A DNA stretch of 64,000 nucleotides. Source: Candidatus Deferrimicrobiaceae bacterium (GTDB lineage: Bacteria; Desulfobacterota; Deferrimicrobia; Deferrimicrobiales; Deferrimicrobiaceae). The notes beneath the pieces are model-generated. The model did not search any database. It was not told where the DNA came from and saw only the letters and a list, made by a program, of their open reading frames with translations. Location of the stretch: the NCBI GenBank assembly GCA_963792415.1, contig CAWBVY010000007.1:64001-128000 (forward strand), written 5' to 3'. Position numbers and translations under genes: made by a program. Positions 20,278-29,721 of this stretch are shown here, in pieces; position 1 is the stretch's first letter; each line of letters opens with the position of its first letter.

Positions 20278-21459
20278 GTGAAAATCGTCTACTCCATCGG
20301 CACGACCGTGGGTGCGGGGGGTCTCGGGGTGGACAGTCTCGAGGCGTTGCGGGCCATCCACGCGAAGGGATATCTCGCGAAGGTCGTCGCCTACGGAAAT
20401 CGCCAGTCGGAGATCCCCGCCTCCCTGTTTCGCTGCGTGGGGTTCCTCAATCCGACCCGGATCTTCGCGAACCTCCCTGCCAGGTACTACTACCCGATCA
20501 AGCGAAAGTACCTCGACCGCCTCGCCCGGGAGGAGCTTGCGCGGGGAGCGGACCTCTTCCACGGGTGGAGCAGCAGCTCCCTGGAGTCCCTCCGCTTCTG
20601 CCGGGACCGCGGCATCGTCTCGATCCTGGAGAACCCCGGCCCCTACTGCACGGTGGCGGAGAGCCTCATCGAAGCGGAGTACACCGCCCTGGGCGTGCGC
20701 CGAAAGAGCCGACCCGCCGTCTTCCGGTCGTTCTTCGAACAGGACGAGGCGTACCACCTCGCGGAGTACGCCCATGCGGACTACATCCTCTGCGAGTCGT
20801 CCTACACCCTGGAGACGTTCGCGGAACACGGTGTCTCGCGGGACCGGCTTCTCCTGGTTCCCCGCGGGGTGGACCTCGACCGCTTCTCTCCGGGTCCGGC
20901 AAAGGACCGGGCGCCGTTCCGCGCGCTGTTCGTGGGGGCCCTGAGAGTCCGCAAGGGAATCCGGTACCTGCTGGAGGCGTGGAATTCCCTCCGCCTGCCG
21001 GGGGCCGAGCTCATCCTGGCCGGAACGGTCTCCGACGACGTGGCGTCCCTCCTGGAGAGCTGCATCTCCCGGAATCCTTCGATCCGTCTCGCGGGCCACG
21101 TCAAGGACCCCGTGGACCTCTACCGGAGCGCGAGCGTCTTCGTCTTTCCGTCGCTCTCCGAGGGGAGCGCCAAGGTATGCTACGAGGCCATGGCGTGCGG
21201 GCTTCCCGTCGTGGTCACCCCAAACGCAGGTTCCGTCGTCCGCGACGGAGTGGAAGGATTCCTTGTGCCGCCGCACGACGCGGAGACTCTCGCGGGCAGG
21301 ATCGAGCAGCTTTACCGGGACGGGGAGACCCGGGAGACGATGGGACGCGCAGCCCGGGTGCGGATGCGGGAATTCACCTGGGATGTCCACCGGGAGTACC
21401 TCCTGGAACTCTACGGGAAGGTGTATCGTCGTGAACCCGCGCCGGATCGCCCTTTATAA
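20278..21459 (+). CDS. GT4 glycosyltransferase
   Basis: RKGIRYL, PSLSEGSAKVCYEAMACGLP. Confidence 0.9.
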   Translation: MKIVYSIGTTVGAGGLGVDSLEALRAIHAKGYLAKVVAYGNRQSEIPASLFRCVGFLNPTRIFANLPARYYYPIKRKYLDRLAREELARGADLFHGWSSSSLESLRFCRDRGIVSILENPGPYCTVAESLIEAEYTALGVRRKSRPAVFRSFFEQDEAYHLAEYAHADYILCESSYTLETFAEHGVSRDRLLLVPRGVDLDRFSPGPAKDRAPFRALFVGALRVRKGIRYLLEAWNSLRLPGAELILAGTVSDDVASLLESCISRNPSIRLAGHVKDPVDLYRSASVFVFPSLSEGSAKVCYEAMACGLPVVVTPNAGSVVRDGVEGFLVPPHDAETLAGRIEQLYRDGETRETMGRAARVRMREFTWDVHREYLLELYGKVYRREPAPDRPL

Positions 21460-22567
21460 CCTCACGACCACGGTCAAGGCGGGGGGGGTTGAAATCTTCA
21501 ATTGGGAACTGGGGCGCTTCCTCGCGGCCCGTGGACACGAGGTCCACATCTATGGAGGGGAAGGCCCCCTGGCCGCGGGCGGTCCCGGATCCGTTCCGGT
21601 CTACACCTACCCGTACACGGACCGTTCGCGGTTTCCCGACCTGGGCACGCGGTTCCGCAAGTTCCTGGAGCGCTTGTCCTTCTCCCGGCATGCCCTTCCG
21701 GACCTGATCGGGCGACGGTACGACGTCATCGTCCTGTCCAAGCCGTACGACATCCCGGCGGCCCTGGTCGCCGCGCGGAGGACGGGGGCGAAGGTGGTGT
21801 ACGATTCGGGGGGCACGGAGTTCTTTCCGGGATACGGGTTCCTCGTCCGCCGCCTGGACTTCCTCCTGGCGTGCAGCGCGTTCAATGCGGAGCAGATCCG
21901 GCGGTATTGCGGCGAATCCCCACGGGTTCTCTGGAACGGCGTGGACACGGGGCGGTTCCGGCCGTCCCCTGCCAGCGAGCGGATCCTGCGGCGGTTCGGA
22001 CTTTCGGGTGGCGAACCGGTGGTCGTCACCACGGGGCGGCTGGTGGGGCTGAAAGGGGTCCGCCACGGGATGCTTGCCGTTGCCCGGCTCCGGCGGGACG
22101 GCATCCCGGCGCGGCATCTGATCGTGGGAGACGGGGAGGAGCGGAGCCGGCTGGAGGCTCTCGCGCGGGAACTGGGCGACGGAGGGGCTTTCCTCTTCGC
22201 GGGGGAGGTGCGGAACGCCGACCTGCCGGAGGTTTATTCGGTCGCCCGGGCCGGGCTCTTTCCGACCGTGGGAGAGGAGGCGTTCGGCATCGCCGTCGCG
22301 GAGGCGATGGCGTGCGGGGTCCCCGTTGTGGCCAGCCGCGTGGGAGGGATCCCGGAGGTGGTCCTGGAGGGGGGCGGCCTTCTCGTTCCTCCCCGCGACG
22401 AAGGCGCCATCGCGGGTGCGCTTCACGCGATCCTGTCCGATCCGGCCAAGGGCCGGGAGATGGGGGAAAGCGCCCGCGTGTCGGTCAATGAGCGGTTCTC
22501 GTGGGAAAAGGTGGCCGGGCGGTTCGAGGAGTGGGTCCTGTCGGGGCCGGGGGGGGGCGCGCCGTGA
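21431..22567 (+). CDS. GT4 glycosyltransferase
   Basis: AGGVE, GRLVGLKG, EAFGIAVAEAMACG. Confidence 0.9.
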   Translation: MNPRRIALYNLTTTVKAGGVEIFNWELGRFLAARGHEVHIYGGEGPLAAGGPGSVPVYTYPYTDRSRFPDLGTRFRKFLERLSFSRHALPDLIGRRYDVIVLSKPYDIPAALVAARRTGAKVVYDSGGTEFFPGYGFLVRRLDFLLACSAFNAEQIRRYCGESPRVLWNGVDTGRFRPSPASERILRRFGLSGGEPVVVTTGRLVGLKGVRHGMLAVARLRRDGIPARHLIVGDGEERSRLEALARELGDGGAFLFAGEVRNADLPEVYSVARAGLFPTVGEEAFGIAVAEAMACGVPVVASRVGGIPEVVLEGGGLLVPPRDEGAIAGALHAILSDPAKGREMGESARVSVNERFSWEKVAGRFEEWVLSGPGGGAP

Positions 22568-23688
22568 CCCTCCTCTATCCGGTCCCCGAGATCCTTCCGG
22601 ATCCCCGGGCACGGTTCATCCAGATCGTTCACACCTGCCACGCCATGGCCGCCCGCGGGATGCGGGTTCATCTCCTGACGGGCATCCGGCGCGGGTGCGA
22701 CGGAGAAGATCTGCTGCGGGCCTACGGCCTTTCGCCTACACCGTTCCTCCGGATCGTCCCGATGCCGGTTTTGCGCGGCAGGATCTCCTGGCACGCGCCC
22801 TTCCACGCGGCGCTCCTTCCGCGCGCGAGGAGGGAACCCGGCGGGGTGATCTTCGCCCGGTACCTGAAGCTCGCAAGGTTCCTCCTCCGCTGGCGCCGGA
22901 TCCATCGTCTCCCCGTGATCTTCGAGGCCCACGAGATCTTCCACAAGACCACGGAGAAACCCGGGAAGGCCGCTGCCCTGAAGGCGATGGAGTCCTTCGT
23001 CTACCGGGAGGCCGACCGACTGATCACGATCTCGGACGTCCTGTCGGAGGACCTGCGGGAGCTGTTCGGGCGTCCCGCGGACGCGGTCATACCGGACGGT
23101 GTTCCATCGGATTTCCTGGAGATCCGCAGGGAAGTACCCGGGAACGGGATTCTTTACGTGGGGCAGCTTTACCCCTGGAAGGGTGTGGATGTGCTCCTCC
23201 GCGCGTTGCCCCGCATCCCGGAGGAACGTCTTATCGTCGTGGGCGGGAGCGGGGAGTCACTCGAAAGGGCGAAACGGATCGCCGGAGAAGAGGGGGTCGC
23301 GGAACGGGTCGATTTCCGGGGCAACGTCCCTCACGTGGAAGTCCGCGGCTTCCTGGCCACCGCACGGGTTGCCGTTGTCCCCAACCGCGCGGAAGGCGTG
23401 TCGAAGTACACCTCTCCCCTCAAACTTTTTGAAGCCATGGCGGCAGGTGTCCCGGTAGTGGCCTCGGACCTCCCCTCGCTGCGGGAGGTGTTGCGGGACG
23501 GGGAGAATGCTCTCCTGGTCCCCCCCGGGGAACCGGAGGCGCTGGCAGGAGCCATCCGTCGGATCCTGAAGGATGACGCCCTTGCCTCCCGGATCGCTGC
23601 CTGCGCCCGCCGGGATGCGCGGAGGTTCACCTGGGCCGGGCGGGCCGAAAAAATCGCTTCGTTGCTCCACGGGACAGCATCGGGATAG
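22564..23688 (+). CDS. GT4 glycosyltransferase
   Basis: FEAHE, GQLYPWKG, TSPLKLFEAMAAG. Confidence 0.9.
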   Translation: MTLLYPVPEILPDPRARFIQIVHTCHAMAARGMRVHLLTGIRRGCDGEDLLRAYGLSPTPFLRIVPMPVLRGRISWHAPFHAALLPRARREPGGVIFARYLKLARFLLRWRRIHRLPVIFEAHEIFHKTTEKPGKAAALKAMESFVYREADRLITISDVLSEDLRELFGRPADAVIPDGVPSDFLEIRREVPGNGILYVGQLYPWKGVDVLLRALPRIPEERLIVVGGSGESLERAKRIAGEEGVAERVDFRGNVPHVEVRGFLATARVAVVPNRAEGVSKYTSPLKLFEAMAAGVPVVASDLPSLREVLRDGENALLVPPGEPEALAGAIRRILKDDALASRIAACARRDARRFTWAGRAEKIASLLHGTASG

Positions 23689-23776
23689 CGGATGGGGGGG
23701 GGAACATGAGGGGAGGGATTTCTTGTGGATTCGGTCCGGTACCTGAAGGATCCCGGGAGCCGGCAGGGAGGGCATC

Positions 23777-24430
23777 GTGACCGTGACGGGAGGCTACTAC
23801 TCGTTCCTGCGGGACGAGATCCGTCCCCTGCTGCCGCCCGTTCGGGGCGCGCGCGTCCTCGAGATCGGTTGCGGAACGGGAGAGACGTCGGCCTGGCTCA
23901 AGACGATGGGGGTGGCGGGATTTGTCCTCGGCCTGGAGATCGAGCCGCGCGTCGCGGAGGAGGCGCGGCGGAAGCTGGACGAAGTCGTCGTGGGGAACGC
24001 CGAGACGGTGGATTTCGGGGAGAGGAGGTTCGACCTGATCCTCTGCCTGGACGTCCTGGAGCACATGGTGGACCCGTGGGGGTTCCTCGAGCGCGTCCAG
24101 AAGCATCTCGACGCCGGCGGGACCGTGATCGCGTCGATTCCCAACCTGCGCAACTACCGGGTGCTGAAATCCCTCGTGCTGAAGGGCCGCTTCGATTACC
24201 AGGATGGGGGGATCCTCGACCGGACCCACCTGAGGTTCTTCACGCGGAGCTCGGCGTGCCGCCTGATGGAGACGGGGGGATTGCGCCTCCGGACGGTAAT
24301 CGGGAAGACGATGCGGAAGAAGAAATACCGGAGGATCGACCGGATGACCTTCGGCCTGCTCCACGATTTCTTCGTGTACCAGTTCCTCATCGCCTCGACG
24401 GTCGACCTCCCTCCCGGTGGGGAGATGTGA
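23777..24430 (+). CDS. Class I SAM-dependent methyltransferase
   Basis: LEIGCGTG, DVLEHMVDPW, GILDRTHLRFFT. Confidence 0.9.
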   Translation: MTVTGGYYSFLRDEIRPLLPPVRGARVLEIGCGTGETSAWLKTMGVAGFVLGLEIEPRVAEEARRKLDEVVVGNAETVDFGERRFDLILCLDVLEHMVDPWGFLERVQKHLDAGGTVIASIPNLRNYRVLKSLVLKGRFDYQDGGILDRTHLRFFTRSSACRLMETGGLRLRTVIGKTMRKKKYRRIDRMTFGLLHDFFVYQFLIASTVDLPPGGEM

Positions 24431-24437
24431 GGACGAG

Positions 24438-25496
24438 ATGAAGGCGCCGCTCCGGAGGGTCCTCCTCTATTACGTCACCCGTCCCCCCATCATGGAGCAC
24501 CTGCGGAAGGCGTTCGGCCGCCGGGGTGTCGAGGCGGCGTGCGTGGACGAACACGTCAACACCCGGATCGATCGGTTCGTATTCCACACCATCAACAAGC
24601 AGGCGCACAACTTCCGGATCCTCCCCAAGGACCGCGTCTGGTTCGCCGACCACCCGCTCACCCAGCGGATCTACCGCGAAAAGGTCCTGCTGGACACGTT
24701 CCGGGATTTCCGGCCGGACATGGCCCTCATGCTCCGGGGCCTGTTCGGGATCCGGGCGGCGACGCTCGAGACGATCCGGCGGGAGGCCAGGCTCTTCGGG
24801 TGGTGGATCGAGTCGGACGACCGGAGGGAGTCCGCCCTGGAGCAGGCGCCTCTCTACGACCGGTTCTATTTCATGAACTCCTCCCTCCATCGGGAGGCCG
24901 TGGAGAGGGGACTCGACCACACGGCAATCCTTCACCACGCGGTCGACTCCGAGGCCTTCTTCCCGGTCGACGGGATCCGGAAGGACATCGACCTCTGTTT
25001 CGTCGGGTCCTGGTCGGAGAGCCGCCAAGCGGCGCTGCTCAAGGCGTACACGGTTACCCGGAACATCGCCATCTGCGGCCGGAACTGGCGGAAACGCCTC
25101 CGGGGGCATCCCCTCGGGCGGAGCATGGTGGGGGAGTATCTCTCCGGGCACGCGCTGGTGATGCTCTACAACCGGAGCAAAATCGTCCTGAACCACACCG
25201 GGTGGGGAGATCTCGGAACGCGGAGCGGTTTCACGATGCGGATCCTCGAGGTGCCGGCGTGCGGCTCGCTTCTCCTGACCGACTTCTCCGAGGACATGAC
25301 CCCGTTCGTGACTCCCGGCGAGCACGTCGTGGTGTACCGTACGCCGGAGGAGATGGCCGCGCGGATCGGGGAACTGCTCGCAAACCCCGTCCTGCGGGCC
25401 GGGATCGAGCGGGCGGGGAGGGACCGGGTCCGGAACCATTTCGGGTACGGCGCCGTGGTGGAGCGGCTGGCGGAAGACTACTCGGCCCTTCGCTGA
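24438..25496 (+). CDS. CgeB/YkvP-like glycosyltransferase
   Basis: DLCFVGS, YNRSKIVLN, MRILEVPACG. Confidence 0.82.
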   Translation: MKAPLRRVLLYYVTRPPIMEHLRKAFGRRGVEAACVDEHVNTRIDRFVFHTINKQAHNFRILPKDRVWFADHPLTQRIYREKVLLDTFRDFRPDMALMLRGLFGIRAATLETIRREARLFGWWIESDDRRESALEQAPLYDRFYFMNSSLHREAVERGLDHTAILHHAVDSEAFFPVDGIRKDIDLCFVGSWSESRQAALLKAYTVTRNIAICGRNWRKRLRGHPLGRSMVGEYLSGHALVMLYNRSKIVLNHTGWGDLGTRSGFTMRILEVPACGSLLLTDFSEDMTPFVTPGEHVVVYRTPEEMAARIGELLANPVLRAGIERAGRDRVRNHFGYGAVVERLAEDYSALR

Positions 25497-25531
25497 GCCC
25501 GCACGGAGGGAAGCGACCCGGCTCCCGCGAA

Positions 25532-26362
25532 CTACTCCCAGTCTCCCAGGGATTGCGTGAACGACCGTTTGAACGACTTCCACCGCTTCCGGATCAGCTT
25601 CCTCCGGAGGCGGAACGACTGCCGCAGCGCCTCCTCTTCCCGGCCGTGCTCGAACCGGGGAAAGACATCCCGGGACGTCATCTCCGGGAATCCGCTCGGC
25701 GCCCGGCGGTCCGGAACCGGGGACGGGGGTGCCGCGAGGTACCCTTCCTCCCCCGCTCCGGCAAGGACGCGCTTCTGCATCTCGGCCCTCTCGTGGAAAC
25801 TCCTCCGTGCCCCGTCCGCGAGCCGGGGCTTCTGCAGGACCACGCAGCTGTCCCGCCAGATTTCGGAGCCGTCCTCGTAGTACAGCCCCTTCCACTGGGT
25901 GTAGACCTCGACGGTACGGGCTCCCGCGAATTCGCAAAGGGCGGCCATGCCGTCCCTGTAGAACCGCCAGCAGTCGACGGGGAAGCGATGCTCGACGCCG
26001 GCACCCGGGGCGATGAGGCAGGCCAGCCCTCCCTCCTTCAGCGCCCGTACGATCTCGAACGCCGTAACCCAGAAAAACTTCACGTGCTCCAGGGTCTGCC
26101 CGCTCACGACGACGTCGAAAGACTCGGAGGCGATCTCCTTCCAGTCGTAGGGATTTCGTACGACCACGTCCACGTTCTCGCCGGGCTCGATGTCCATCCC
26201 CGTGTATTTCCACCCCGCGGCGTCGAAGAGGGGACGGTAGTTCAACTGGCGCCGGGTGGCGACCTGGCTGCCGATGTCCAGGATTTCCAGAGGGGTATTC
26301 CGGTACTCCGCGAGGTACCCGTCGCGGAACGCCTCCATCTTGTCGAACGAACTTTGGTGCAC
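25532..26362 (-). CDS. SAM-dependent methyltransferase (type 11-like)
   Basis: LDIGS, GENVD, SGQTLEH, HRFPVDCWRF. Confidence 0.85.
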   Translation of the reverse strand: MHQSSFDKMEAFRDGYLAEYRNTPLEILDIGSQVATRRQLNYRPLFDAAGWKYTGMDIEPGENVDVVVRNPYDWKEIASESFDVVVSGQTLEHVKFFWVTAFEIVRALKEGGLACLIAPGAGVEHRFPVDCWRFYRDGMAALCEFAGARTVEVYTQWKGLYYEDGSEIWRDSCVVLQKPRLADGARRSFHERAEMQKRVLAGAGEEGYLAAPPSPVPDRRAPSGFPEMTSRDVFPRFEHGREEEALRQSFRLRRKLIRKRWKSFKRSFTQSLGDWE

Positions 26363-26502
26363 GGATCCTCCCGGAAGGCCCCCCGAAGGGTTTCGGTCCC
26401 TTCTGATCATAGTGCAAGCCCTCCGGATTCTCCACAGAGTCCACCCCGCCCTCCTCGTGAATCCCGTTGCAGGGGGTCCCTTCCCGTTGAGATAATCTCC
26501 GA

Positions 26503-26985
26503 ATGGCGGGGACCGATTATCATTGTCCCCACTGCGGCGCGGAGCTGCGGGGCGACATGCGGAAGGGCGGCTCCCGCCCCGGCGGGACACCGGGATGTCC
26601 CTACGACGGGCTGGCGTACGCGGCGTTGCGGGCCGGGCACGACGCGATCTACTTCGGGCCGTGGCGCCGCATCGACGCCCCCCCGACGGAGATCCGCCGG
26701 GGATACCACCGGATCGACCGGCATCTCGGCACGATCGGGGCCGAGCTCGCGAATCACGACCTCCCCGCCGCCGCCCGGGACCTCGACGCGGCGCTCGCGG
26801 CGCTCCACGCCGCCGATCCGCGGGAGGATGCCCCGGACACGCTTCGCCTCATGGACAACGCCCTCTCCTACGCCCACCGGGCGATCGACGACCTCCTCCA
26901 CGAAAAAGGGCTGCCGCCGCACGCGCCGATGGACTTCGCGGAGTGGTACGATGTCGTCGAGGTCCCGTTCCGGGACGAGTGGTAG
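26503..26985 (+). CDS. Hypothetical protein with N-terminal CPHC motif
   Basis: Coding-like GC3 bias; HCPHCG...GCPY followed by a helical region. Confidence 0.65.
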   Translation: MAGTDYHCPHCGAELRGDMRKGGSRPGGTPGCPYDGLAYAALRAGHDAIYFGPWRRIDAPPTEIRRGYHRIDRHLGTIGAELANHDLPAAARDLDAALAALHAADPREDAPDTLRLMDNALSYAHRAIDDLLHEKGLPPHAPMDFAEWYDVVEVPFRDEW

Positions 26986-27009
26986 GCCGAATCCGCGGGG
27001 GGCGCTGAG

Positions 27010-27567
27010 ATGATCGATCTCGAGCGGTATCCCAGGCAGATCACCCTGCGCAACGGGGTGACGCTGGTTTTCCGGCCGATGTGTCGGGACGACGTCGACC
27101 GGCTGTGGGTCTTCTTCCAGCAGGTCCCCCCCGAGGACAAGATGTTCTTCCGCCAGGACGTGAGCCGCCGCGAGGTGGTGCAGCATTGGGCGGACACACT
27201 CGACTACGGCCTCGTCCTCCCGATCCTCGCGCTCGAAGGGGACCGCGTCGTGGGGGACGCTACCCTGCACCGCCAGAGGACGGGGTGGAAGCAGCGGGTG
27301 GGGGTGGTGCGCGTCCAGATCGCCCCCGATTACCGGCACCTGGGGCTCGGGACCGCGATGGTCCGGGAATTGCGCCACCTCGGGGAGAAGTCCGCCCTTC
27401 ATTACCTCATGGCCGAGGTGATCGAGGAGCAGGCGGCCGCGGTGCGCGCTTTCGAGAAGATGGGATTCGACCGCGCGGTGACGTACCGGAGCTTCGTCAA
27501 TGACCAGAAGGGGGGGATACACAACCTGGTGGTCCTCCTGTACCGGATGTCCGACCCCATCGCCTGA
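27010..27567 (+). CDS. GNAT acetyltransferase
   Basis: APDYRHLGLGT motif A; AVRAFEKMGF. Confidence 0.88.
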   Translation: MIDLERYPRQITLRNGVTLVFRPMCRDDVDRLWVFFQQVPPEDKMFFRQDVSRREVVQHWADTLDYGLVLPILALEGDRVVGDATLHRQRTGWKQRVGVVRVQIAPDYRHLGLGTAMVRELRHLGEKSALHYLMAEVIEEQAAAVRAFEKMGFDRAVTYRSFVNDQKGGIHNLVVLLYRMSDPIA

Positions 27568-27585
27568 CGTGTGCCTCCAGCGGCA

Positions 27586-27600
27586 GGTGGTATAATCCGC
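27586..27600 (+). promoter_or_regulatory. Extended -10 promoter of the first KimA-like gene
   Basis: GGTGGTATAATCCGC (TGnTATAAT), identical to the copy at 29661-29675. Confidence 0.6.
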
Positions 27601-27644
27601 ACGGCAAACGCTCCCTATAACAACGTCGGAGACCGGCACGGCCG

Positions 27645-29621
27645 ATGCCCAACGGATCCATTTATCAGCGCATCAAGAGGGTCCTGCTGGGCGCTCCGCG
27701 CGACCTGTTCGACCCGAAGATCTTCCACAACATCTCCCTGATCGCCTTCTTCGCCTGGGTGGGGCTGGGCGCCGACGGGATCTCCTCCTCCTCGTACGGC
27801 CCGGAGGAGGCGTACCTCGCCCTGGGGAGCCACTCGGTGCTGGCGATCTTCGTCGCCGTGATGACGGTGGGGACGATCTTCATCATTTCCGGGAGCTACG
27901 CGCAGATCATCGAGGCGTTCCCGTCGGGCGGCGGCGGGTACATCGTGGCGTCGAAGCTGCTGGGCGAGAAGGCGGGCGTGGTCTCCGGCTCCGCGCTGGT
28001 CATCGACTACGTCCTGACGATCACCATCTCCATCGCGGCCGGCGCGGACGCCATCTTCAGCTTCCTGCCGCTCCATCTGATGCCGTACAAGATATGGTTC
28101 ACCTCCTTCGTCATCCTGCTGCTGATCTGGCTCAACCTGCGGGGGGTCAAGGAGTCGGTGATGGTGCTCACCCCGATCTTCCTCGCCTTTCTGCTGACCC
28201 ACGTCCCGCTGATCCTGTACGCGGTCCTTCGCCACCTTCCGGAACTGCCGTCCGTGGGCGCGCGGGTCTCCGCCGACCTCGGCTCCGCCTCCCGGGAAAT
28301 CGGATGGCTGGGCGTCGGAGCGCTGCTGCTGCGCGCCTACTCGATGGGGGCGGGCACGTATACCGGGATCGAGGCGGTCTCCAACTCGATGCAGACGCTG
28401 CGTGAGCCGCGCGTGCACACGGGCAAGAAGGCGATGGCCTACATGGCCCTGTCCCTGTCGTTCCTGGCCGGAGGGATCATCCTCGGGTACGTTCTGAACG
28501 ACGTGGTCCCGGTCCGCGGCAAGACGCTCAACGCCGTCCTTTTCAGCGGCCTGATGCACAATCTCTGGAACTCTGGGACGGCGAAGTACCTGGTCGCCAT
28601 CGTCCTGTTCACCGAGGCGGCCCTGCTCTTCGTGGCGGCGCAGACCGGCTTCCTCGGCGGGCCGCAGGTCCTCTCCAACATGGCCAACGACTCCTACATG
28701 CCCCACCGGTTCGCAAACCTCTCCGAGCGGCTGGTGACCAAGTACGGCGTCTACTTCATGGGCGGGATGGCGTTCCTGATGCTCTTCATCACGGGCGGCT
28801 CCGTCCGGTACCTCGTCATCATGTACTCGATCAACGTGTTCCTGACCTTCACCCTGTCGCAGTTCGGCATGGTGCTGCACTGGTGGAAGGACCGGGTGTC
28901 CGGGAAGAAGTGGAGGTTCGGTCTGGCGATGAACGGTGTCGGCTGCACCCTCACCGCCTCGATCCTGTGCGGCACCGTGTACATGAAGTTTCCGGAGGGA
29001 GGCTGGATCACCCTGCTGATCACGGGGTCCTTCATCGCGATGAGCTTCCTCGTCCGACGCCATTATCAACAGTCGCAGGAGAACATGCGGCGGCTGGACG
29101 AGCTGCTCCTCGCTCTTCCATCCGTCTCCGGTCGTTCCGCGGAAATGCCGCCGGCGCAGCCGCAGGCGCCCACCGCGGTCATCATGGTGTCGGGGTACAA
29201 CGGGTTGGGGATGCACGTCTTCTTCTCGATCATCCGCTCCTTCCCCGGGATGTTCCGGAACTTCATCTTCATCTCCGCGGGCGTCGTGGACACCAGCCGG
29301 TTCAAGGGGGTGGCGGAGATCGAGAACCTCTCGGAGGATCTGCGGGGCCAGCTGGAGAACTACGTCGAGTTCGTGAAGAACCACGGCTACTATGCGGAGG
29401 CCCGCCACCTGGTGGGCACCGACGTGATCGAGATCGTCGCCCGCCTCACCGAGGAGACGGCGAAGGACTTCAGCAACATCAGCGTCTTCGCGGGGAAGCT
29501 GGTGTTCAAGGAGGAAAATCTGCTCACCCGCCTGCTGCACAACCATACCGCGTTCCTGGCCCAGAAACGGCTGGTGTTCGCGGGTCATCCGATGATCATC
29601 CTCCCCGTGCGGGTGTTGTAG
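27645..29621 (+). CDS. APC-superfamily KimA/YdaO-like K+ transporter, copy 1
   Basis: ADGISSSSYGPEE, GGGGY, IDYVLT, TGIEAVSN, multiple TMs and a C-terminal cytosolic domain. Confidence 0.8.
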   Translation: MPNGSIYQRIKRVLLGAPRDLFDPKIFHNISLIAFFAWVGLGADGISSSSYGPEEAYLALGSHSVLAIFVAVMTVGTIFIISGSYAQIIEAFPSGGGGYIVASKLLGEKAGVVSGSALVIDYVLTITISIAAGADAIFSFLPLHLMPYKIWFTSFVILLLIWLNLRGVKESVMVLTPIFLAFLLTHVPLILYAVLRHLPELPSVGARVSADLGSASREIGWLGVGALLLRAYSMGAGTYTGIEAVSNSMQTLREPRVHTGKKAMAYMALSLSFLAGGIILGYVLNDVVPVRGKTLNAVLFSGLMHNLWNSGTAKYLVAIVLFTEAALLFVAAQTGFLGGPQVLSNMANDSYMPHRFANLSERLVTKYGVYFMGGMAFLMLFITGGSVRYLVIMYSINVFLTFTLSQFGMVLHWWKDRVSGKKWRFGLAMNGVGCTLTASILCGTVYMKFPEGGWITLLITGSFIAMSFLVRRHYQQSQENMRRLDELLLALPSVSGRSAEMPPAQPQAPTAVIMVSGYNGLGMHVFFSIIRSFPGMFRNFIFISAGVVDTSRFKGVAEIENLSEDLRGQLENYVEFVKNHGYYAEARHLVGTDVIEIVARLTEETAKDFSNISVFAGKLVFKEENLLTRLLHNHTAFLAQKRLVFAGHPMIILPVRVL

Positions 29622-29660
29622 CCGCCCCCGGGAACCCGTTTTCCCCCCCCTGCGACGGCG

Positions 29661-29675
29661 GGTGGTATAATCCGC
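29661..29675 (+). promoter_or_regulatory. Extended -10 promoter of the second KimA-like gene
   Basis: GGTGGTATAATCCGC duplicated with the gene. Confidence 0.6.
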
Positions 29676-29721
29676 CGGTCAAGCGCCATCATTCCACACG
29701 GACGGCGGGATCATCGGAGAC

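Noticed and set aside
27568-27644. c-di-AMP (ydaO) riboswitch before the KimA-like genes
   Set aside because: The leader between the -10 box and the ATG is only about 45 nt, too short for this riboswitch.
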